Source of the DNA: a bacterium
GTDB taxonomy: Bacteria; Patescibacteriota; Saccharimonadia; Saccharimonadales; SZUA-47
NCBI GenBank assembly: GCA_009923445.1
Contig: RFTN01000004.1
Span: 2,438-66,437 of the forward strand
Direction: 5' to 3'
Length of the DNA: 64,000 nt
The notes below the pieces were generated by a model. The model had not been told where the DNA came from. It was given only the letters and a program-made list of their open reading frames with translations, and ran no database searches. Made by a program: the position numbers and the translations under genes. Shown here piece after piece: positions 58,500 through 64,000 of the stretch (positions within the stretch are counted from its first letter, which is position 1; the number at the start of each line of letters is the position of its first letter).

Positions 58500-58586
58500 T
58501 GCAACAGCAGAATCTCAGACCCAAGACCCTTAGCTGGTGCGCATAGAACTGTCATGACATTCTTGAGCAACTAGATAAGCTAATTG

Positions 58587-58982
58587 TTAGCGGTTCAACC
58601 ACCATAAACTTATCTGTAAGACACTAGCTATACCAACCCATAAAAGATAGGGGACGTAGGCGAGTGTAATCCATTTTGAATAAGGAAATATTGCGACCAT
58701 ACACCATATAATGGTAAAAAATACGAGCAAGATAACAATACTCGACATAAACTGGTTGCGAAATCCAAATTGAATTGGCGTGTATACAAGGTTAAAGAAA
58801 AGATTAAGCCAAAACGGCAGCGCAATAATCCAGGTGATTTTATTGTTGTTTAATAACACAAGTACATATATGTTTACTGCAAAAATTATTGGATATATTA
58901 CTGACCATACTCGCCCAAACACATCTGGTTGTGGTGCCCAGCTCGGTTTTGTAAGTGATTCATACCATTGTCGTGTATCCAT
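58587..58982 (-). CDS. tspO: TspO/MBR (tryptophan-rich sensory protein) family membrane protein
   Basis: 'WYESLTKPSWAPQPDVFGRVWSVIYPI', five TM segments and a Trp-rich composition. Confidence 0.85.
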   Translation of the reverse strand: MDTRQWYESLTKPSWAPQPDVFGRVWSVIYPIIFAVNIYVLVLLNNNKITWIIALPFWLNLFFNLVYTPIQFGFRNQFMSSIVILLVFFTIIWCMVAIFPYSKWITLAYVPYLLWVGIASVLQISLWWLNR

Positions 58983-59265
58983 AGCTCGATAGTATCAGTA
59001 ATGATGGGTAGGTTCCAAGTATTGTTGTAAATGCTAAGCAGCTACTACTAGCGGTGCTAGTAGTGCACCTGAAGGCGCAACACATACCGGTACGCACGAT
59101 CGCAGGGATTAGATACCAAGAAGCCACTATCGACATTGCCGATACGTATAGCCAATCCCAACTATTAAGTCTAAAGCGATTAATATTTTTCATGACAGTC
59201 ATCGCAACAATGTCATTACTGTTGCCATAGCATATACCCAACAAAAAAGTAGCCTAGTTTAGTAG

Positions 59266-59397
59266 GCCCTGGCCTTAGGCAAAAAACTTAATAAACAACC
59301 AAGTGGCAAGGCTACATACACCAGCTGTTAGCACTGTGCCCCATAGCAAATCAACCACGGTTACTTTTATTGGCCAGTCTTTATATACGGCTTGCGA
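59266..59397 (-). repeat. copy R2: displaced 3'-terminal fragment of the DUF2177 gene
   Basis: 132 bp with about 120 identities to 61463-61594. The reverse strand still reads '...KDWPIKVTVVDLLWGTVLTAGVCSLATWLFIKFFA*'. Homology ends abruptly at 59397. Confidence 0.9.
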
Positions 59398-59503
59398 ATT
59401 ATTTTTGATTACATTAATGATCACGTAGATATACGGATGTGAGTTACTGACTTGTATTCTAATTTAAAGGTGCTACTATCAAAGTATTAACAAGGAGAAA
59501 CTC

Positions 59504-59698
59504 ATGAGCGAATTATTATTAAATAGTAATGAAAATTTAGTTCTAGATACAGGCCTTGAAACTGAGATATTAAAAACAGAAAATAGTATAAGAACATTAG
59601 GAAAAGTAACGGTGTTAGAATTGCTTGCAGAACCAATGAATGCAATAACTCCAGAAATGACATATCAGAGCGCTTGGACGAACAGGGAAGATAGGTAA
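59504..59698 (+). CDS. candidate RiPP (graspetide-type) precursor peptide
   Basis: 64 aa with a strong RBS ('aaggaga' 6 nt upstream). The leader is acidic. The C-terminal 'AITPEMTYQSAWTNREDR' is rich in Thr/Ser and Glu/Asp. It is the first gene of a cassette that ends with an ATP-grasp ligase. Confidence 0.55.
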   Translation: MSELLLNSNENLVLDTGLETEILKTENSIRTLGKVTVLELLAEPMNAITPEMTYQSAWTNREDR

Positions 59699-59724
59699 TT
59701 ACTACTTCTGCACTGGGAAGCTAA

Positions 59725-60336
59725 GTGAAATACGCATACCCCAGACATAGGAGCCTTATTCTTAAATGGCTAAAAGAAGATCAGGCTCGGCTGACAGCAC
59801 TTGGTAAAAAACTAAACGGGTTGTATGATTTGGACTCAAAGATCCAAGCCATTAAACCCGTTGCAAAAGCCTGCCAGTTAAGAGCTGTAGAAGTCCTTGA
59901 TTTGCTTAATGAAATACATGAGCCAATCAAGACCAACATTGGATTAGACGGATCGGAGGCCATTATTATACTTACACTCCACTCAAACGTTACTTATATG
60001 GAGAAGGTTCTACACATATATGAGGAATGTATAGAAAAAGACCCATCTAGTATTGCATCCGATTCTGTCGCATCGCTTGTTGATAGGGTGGGATTAGTAA
60101 AAACGGGCTCACAGAAACTAGGTACGATATGGCTTGAGGACGAAAATGGCAGTAGTTTCATACCGCCAATACAGGAAATAGAGTCAGTAAATAAGAGAAG
60201 AATCAGATACAGGCTGGGACCTATTGTGAACCGTGTGACAGGTGATAATACAATAGAAGCCATAAAAAAATTACAAAAACCCGTCCCTCAAGATATTTAC
60301 GATTTGAATTTTGTTTTCATGAATATGGAGCTGTAG
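59725..60336 (+). CDS. hypothetical protein (203 aa) between precursor and ATP-grasp ligase
   Basis: GTG start, same strand, 4-nt gap to the ligase gene. No motif recognised. Confidence 0.5.
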   Translation: MKYAYPRHRSLILKWLKEDQARLTALGKKLNGLYDLDSKIQAIKPVAKACQLRAVEVLDLLNEIHEPIKTNIGLDGSEAIIILTLHSNVTYMEKVLHIYEECIEKDPSSIASDSVASLVDRVGLVKTGSQKLGTIWLEDENGSSFIPPIQEIESVNKRRIRYRLGPIVNRVTGDNTIEAIKKLQKPVPQDIYDLNFVFMNMEL

Positions 60337-60340
60337 GACT

Positions 60341-61333
60341 ATGAGTACGAAGGGTAATATTTTAATAGCTTCTTCAGATCATTCAAAAGAAGAGTATGTA
60401 CCCGTTGCGCAGCAACTTAGCAGTGCTGGCTATAATCCTGTTATATACAAAGTGGACAAAGTTCTTGACTCAGATGAGTCCTTTACGTTGAATATTACTA
60501 ATAATGGTGAATTATCAATATTCTACGAAGGCGTAGATATATCTCCAAAAAATATTCTTGCAAGCTGGTATAGAAAAGTTTCAGACTTTAATATTAGAGA
60601 TAAAGCATCAGATAAGGCGGCTCTATTATTGCTTCAAGATGAAGTAGACTCTTTACATCAATCAATATGGCCCCTGTACGATGAGAGTATATGGCTGAAT
60701 GCCCCAGAAAACATATATAAGGCCGCTCGCAAATTAGGTCAATTGCTTGTGGCTAAAAAGGCAGGATTTAACATACCCGAAACAATCGTAACTAGCGATT
60801 GGGGAGCTATAAAAACACGCTTTTTTGAAGATTTATCTTATAAAAACATAATAGTAAAGATGATGCGTGGGGTCATTGTTAAAGATAATACAGAAATGGC
60901 CCTACCGACAACAATTCTAGACAGTAATAAGGTAAATTTAATATCAGAAAGAGCGGTGTCATTCCCCGGCCTATACCAGGAATATATTAACAAGTATCGT
61001 GAATGGAGAGTGACAGTGGTGGGGGAGGAGGTATTCCCGGTGTCTATTTATACAGACAAAGACGCCAAGGATGATTGGCGCAAACACCAAATGACCTCAA
61101 GCGTTACATTTAAAAGTGAGCGCATAGATTGCGATATATCAGAAAAATGTATTAAGTTCCTTGATGATATAAATTTGAAATTTGGTGCATTTGATTTTGT
61201 AGAAAAAACTAGCGGTGAATTTGTTTTTTTAGAATGTAACGCAAATGGCCAGTACTATGCACTAGAAGAAAGATTCAATCTTCCAATATCTAGTGCCATA
61301 ACTAGTGAGCTAATAAAAATAGCCAAAGCTTAG
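60341..61333 (+). CDS. ATP-grasp peptide maturase (MdnC/MvdD-like)
   Basis: It is colinear with microviridin-type ligases as I recall them: 'ILIASSD...', 'ASWYRK', 'KLGQLLVAKKAGFNIPETIVTS', 'EWRVTVVGEEVF', 'DDWRK', 'GAFDFVEKTSGEFVFLECNANGQY' and 'LPISSAI'. Confidence 0.8.
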   Translation: MSTKGNILIASSDHSKEEYVPVAQQLSSAGYNPVIYKVDKVLDSDESFTLNITNNGELSIFYEGVDISPKNILASWYRKVSDFNIRDKASDKAALLLLQDEVDSLHQSIWPLYDESIWLNAPENIYKAARKLGQLLVAKKAGFNIPETIVTSDWGAIKTRFFEDLSYKNIIVKMMRGVIVKDNTEMALPTTILDSNKVNLISERAVSFPGLYQEYINKYREWRVTVVGEEVFPVSIYTDKDAKDDWRKHQMTSSVTFKSERIDCDISEKCIKFLDDINLKFGAFDFVEKTSGEFVFLECNANGQYYALEERFNLPISSAITSELIKIAKA

Positions 61334-61471
61334 AAGATTGCTACTATTCAGTCAAAAACCACAGGATTATTTTTTACGCCGGTATAGTTAAAGTTTTTTA
61401 ACGGCACTGAGATTAATCCATCGTCAACTTTTTAAGACATAAAGAAGTTGCGTTAGTATATTGCCCTGGCC

Positions 61472-61909
61472 TTAGGCAAAGAACTTAATAAACAACCAGG
61501 TGGCAAGGCTACATACACCGGCCGTTAGCACTGTGCCCCACAGCAAATCAACCGCGGTTACTTTTATGGGCCAATCTTTAAACACTGCTTGCGATGTTAA
61601 ATCAAAGGTACTGTAGGCAACTAGGCCAAATAGCGCCCCGCGTGTGGCAGCATACATAACCGACTTGTCGGCAACAGCTGGCTGCACCACAAACACCACC
61701 AACCCCACAATATATATGACATAAAACAGCCCAGCGGCCAGTAAGTTAGGCTTGTCTGTCATGAGGTGGCCAATGTTACTTTTATAAAACTTTGGCGCAA
61801 CCTTAACCAACCAAACACTATCTAGTGCCAATAAACTTGCAAAACTTAAGCCAAATAATTTTATAAATTCCATACGTATAAGTGTAGGGTAGTGTTTATG
61901 CTTCAGCAA
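61472..61909 (-). CDS. DUF2177-type membrane protein
   Basis: 'LALDSVWL...FY...IGHLM...LFYVIYIVGLVVF...GALFGLVAYSTFDLT...WP...DLLWGT' matches my recollection of DUF2177. The likely start is Met13 (61873). Its 3' end is the repeated att-like sequence. Confidence 0.7.
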   Translation of the reverse strand: MLKHKHYPTLIRMEFIKLFGLSFASLLALDSVWLVKVAPKFYKSNIGHLMTDKPNLLAAGLFYVIYIVGLVVFVVQPAVADKSVMYAATRGALFGLVAYSTFDLTSQAVFKDWPIKVTAVDLLWGTVLTAGVCSLATWLFIKFFA

Positions 61910-61943
61910 GTCACATATTACGAAGCGGTTAAGGATAGCTAGT

Positions 61944-62492
61944 TCAAGCTTGTTTGATAGTAGGAGTTGTTTTTTTAGCTTTAGGCTTTAGTAGTTTTGC
62001 AAGGTCATAAACATCTTGTGGTTTTATCTGAAACTCATCTATGTTGTATGATCTAACCAACTCTATAAACTTGTTTTCTGCTTTTACTTGACTTCTTTGT
62101 TGGCAACAGGTTCTAATGATAGACGTGGTAGTGAAGTCATTTTCAGAACTACCAATTCGCTTACCTGCTATGAGATGTGTCCTAAAATTTCCAGTCGGCA
62201 CATCTTCAATTGAAGGCAACCCCACCACCTCTAATAATCTATCGTAATTTCTCTGGACTTTATCGCTATCACTAACATATAATACGCCCGCAAATTCACT
62301 ATCCTCGGCATGGGTAAAAGCTATCTCTCCGATACGTCTACCAACGTCTCCTAATTGAAATAGTGGCGATAGGGACTGATATTCGCGTGGAACGGCATCT
62401 AAATTACGTCCGAAATATCCGACAACATTATCGTACTGGCGACCTGCAAGGGTTATATTTGCTTCAAAAGTATGTAAAGCCATAGTAATCAA
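61944..62492 (-). CDS. hypothetical protein (182 aa)
   Basis: Intact ORF with a basic C-terminal tail. No motif recognised. Confidence 0.45.
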   Translation of the reverse strand: MITMALHTFEANITLAGRQYDNVVGYFGRNLDAVPREYQSLSPLFQLGDVGRRIGEIAFTHAEDSEFAGVLYVSDSDKVQRNYDRLLEVVGLPSIEDVPTGNFRTHLIAGKRIGSSENDFTTTSIIRTCCQQRSQVKAENKFIELVRSYNIDEFQIKPQDVYDLAKLLKPKAKKTTPTIKQA

Positions 62493-62652
62493 TATTATAG
62501 CATATATTAATGTTAATGTCTAGTACCTCGTACTCATTCACAACCTTAGCGTAATAGATATGTTTGTTGATGGCGATCCTGCAAAGCGCAAAATCGTTAA
62601 CGCATTGCCTCTACAACAATTGTAAAATGTATAAAAACTCAGCTGGGTTTAA

Positions 62653-63567
62653 CTACATAGCAAGGTCGGCGTAAATGACTGTGTTTTGTGAATAACGCCC
62701 TGTAAGGCGGTTGTACGTGCCGCCGCATGTAATGATTCGTAAGCCTGCGTGGTCTATGTCGCCGTATACCTCATGTGTTAAAAAATTATCTTGGCCGTAC
62801 TGAGCTATTCTAGACACGATAAACTGCACCGTGATTCCGTCGCTACGGGTTATGTTAATAGTATCTGCTATATGAAGCTTGCTAAGGTTCCAGAACACCG
62901 AAGGGCCTTTGTATGAGTCTACGTGACCTACAAGTATCGACGGACCTTGTTCGCCAGGTGTGGGCCCGTATTGGTACCAGCCCACAAGGCCACTTAAAAC
63001 ACTCGGTGTTTCTAGGGTTCCGTCATCAAGTAGCCCAACTTTTTGAATATCAGCATTGACGCCAATACTTGGAATGTCGATTTTTGTAGGAACAGAAGCA
63101 GTTAGGTATTGCTGTTTTATTGGCTCTGGTAGGTCTGGTGATATTTTTTGAACTTGCACTGCTTGGGCATTAACCGTTGGTGGATTTGTGCGCCCAAAGC
63201 CAGCAACTTGTAAGCCAAAAATGAATAACCCAACACATCCAGCAAATGTTAACACGTTCGCAAAATTAAATTTAAATAATGATGTATTGGTAGCGGCTTT
63301 ACGGCTGGCATGAATTTTTTTATATTCAATGGCGACTTCTTTAGTGCCCAATACACCGACTCTAAAAACAAGTTGCTTACTTTTTTTAGATCTTTTGTGA
63401 ATGGGCGTGCTAAATGATCTGAACTTTACAGTTACTTTTGCGCGTTTTGCAATGTTAAATTCATATTTTTTTATACGCCACAAGGTTTTGTGTGAACGCC
63501 AAAACAACGGTCTATGTTTTTTAGACCGTTGTTGTATTTTGGTTTTAGGTGAAGAAGTAGCCTTCAC
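62653..63567 (-). CDS. sortase-family transpeptidase (class E/F-like)
   Basis: Basic N-terminus and a TM anchor. Catalytic His in 'ILVGHVDS', Cys in 'LRIITCGG' and a downstream Arg in 'TGRYSQN'. Confidence 0.8.
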   Translation of the reverse strand: MKATSSPKTKIQQRSKKHRPLFWRSHKTLWRIKKYEFNIAKRAKVTVKFRSFSTPIHKRSKKSKQLVFRVGVLGTKEVAIEYKKIHASRKAATNTSLFKFNFANVLTFAGCVGLFIFGLQVAGFGRTNPPTVNAQAVQVQKISPDLPEPIKQQYLTASVPTKIDIPSIGVNADIQKVGLLDDGTLETPSVLSGLVGWYQYGPTPGEQGPSILVGHVDSYKGPSVFWNLSKLHIADTINITRSDGITVQFIVSRIAQYGQDNFLTHEVYGDIDHAGLRIITCGGTYNRLTGRYSQNTVIYADLAM

Positions 63568-63596
63568 ACTATGCCGTCGCCTCCTGTAGCAAACTG

Positions 63597-64000
63597 TTAT
63601 TTAAGGGTAATTTTTTTTAGTAATGCACCAGCAGTTAGTAGTACAGCAGACACTGCAAGTCCTATAGCTGCAATGTTGCCTTGCCCGCCAGCATTAACTG
63701 CCCCCTTGGGGGTTACGGCTACCTGTGTTGTAGGGGTAGTAGTAGCTGTAGTTGTCGTAGTTGTCGCACTTAGTACAGCTTGACAATTCGCAGCTGCGGT
63801 AAAGCTATATGACCAGTTAATTAGGGCACCTTTTTGCAAGAAATAGCCCTTGATAACTTGAGCGGTTACCGTAACATTTGCTGGCGCCGTAACGGTATAT
63901 GCACCTGCCACAACAACTTGTTCGCCGACCAAATACTCAACTCCCGCTGAAGTAGGTACGGTATAGTTACCTTTTGTATCACATGTTGCATTAGTAAATG
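63597..64000 (-). CDS. surface protein, C-terminal part (ORF runs off the window end)
   Basis: The reading frame is open to position 64000. It has a Thr-rich linker 'TTTTTTATTTPTT', then 'KGAVNAGGQGN', a hydrophobic helix and the basic tail 'KKITLK', a sortase-substrate-like tripartite end. It lies adjacent to the sortase gene. Confidence 0.6.
   Translation of the reverse strand, partial: FTNATCDTKGNYTVPTSAGVEYLVGEQVVVAGAYTVTAPANVTVTAQVIKGYFLQKGALINWSYSFTAAANCQAVLSATTTTTTATTTPTTQVAVTPKGAVNAGGQGNIAAIGLAVSAVLLTAGALLKKITLK

Noticed and set aside
58389-58574. 61-aa plus-strand ORF 'MKTASGSLQGNLHLQ...'.
   Set aside because: It covers structured repeat E3 and the tRNA-like motif. It has a GTG start without an RBS and an Arg/Ser/Pro-rich non-protein-like composition. 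The hairpin covariation explains the sequence better.
58960-59244. 94-aa minus-strand ORF upstream of and overlapping the TspO start.
   Set aside because: The C-terminal half is Cys/Ser/Thr-rich nonsense overlapping tspO. The first ~40 residues look hydrophobic and may be a remnant of a truncated membrane-protein gene, but I cannot support a functional CDS.
63571-63783. 70-aa plus-strand ORF rich in Val/Ala ('...VVGVVVAVVVVVVALSTA').
   Set aside because: It is the antisense shadow of the Thr-rich linker (ACN codons) of the minus-strand surface protein.

Overview
This 64-kb chromosomal window comes from a tightly packed, small-genome bacterium using the standard genetic code. Several features suggest a CPR/Patescibacteria (Saccharibacteria-like) lineage: split transketolase, a compact glycolysis/pentose-phosphate block, GatCAB, a lone type IV pilus ATPase, a class E/F-like sortase and many ATGA/GTGA start-stop overlaps. 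That assignment is inference only. Positions 1-46.7 kb are housekeeping genes: Grx-like/TrxB, ppa, gap, rpiB, rpe, tkt N and C subunits, fba, a PfkB kinase, uvrB, gatCAB, galU, dnaE, pilB/gspE, malic enzyme, rplS, pepN, nusA, clpC behind a perfect CIRCE operator, radA, tyrS, recG and rsmD. Two of these genes look decayed. The PBP1A gene has lost the middle of its GT51 domain and is frameshifted. recG has an in-frame loss of the Walker A region. Positions 46.7-61.6 kb form an accessory mosaic that begins at tRNA-Leu(UAG). It contains a six-gene C50-type carotenoid operon (crtE-B-I-Ye-Yf-Eb order), a degraded IS30-family transposase, an orphan AAA+ ATPase, a Phd/RelE pair, an HTH-Fic protein, TspO and a three-gene ATP-grasp (graspetide-like RiPP) cassette with a candidate precursor peptide. 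These modules are separated by repeat scars. The scars include a duplicated tRNA-Leu 3' end, a ghost junction of a second crt copy, three nested copies of the 3' end of a DUF2177-type gene that exactly bracket the cassettes, about seven copies of a tRNA-3'-end-like motif, and three copies of a roughly 100-nt element with covarying hairpins. No integrase, CRISPR array or rRNA gene was seen. All homology calls come from motif recognition by eye, and repeat identities are manual alignments.
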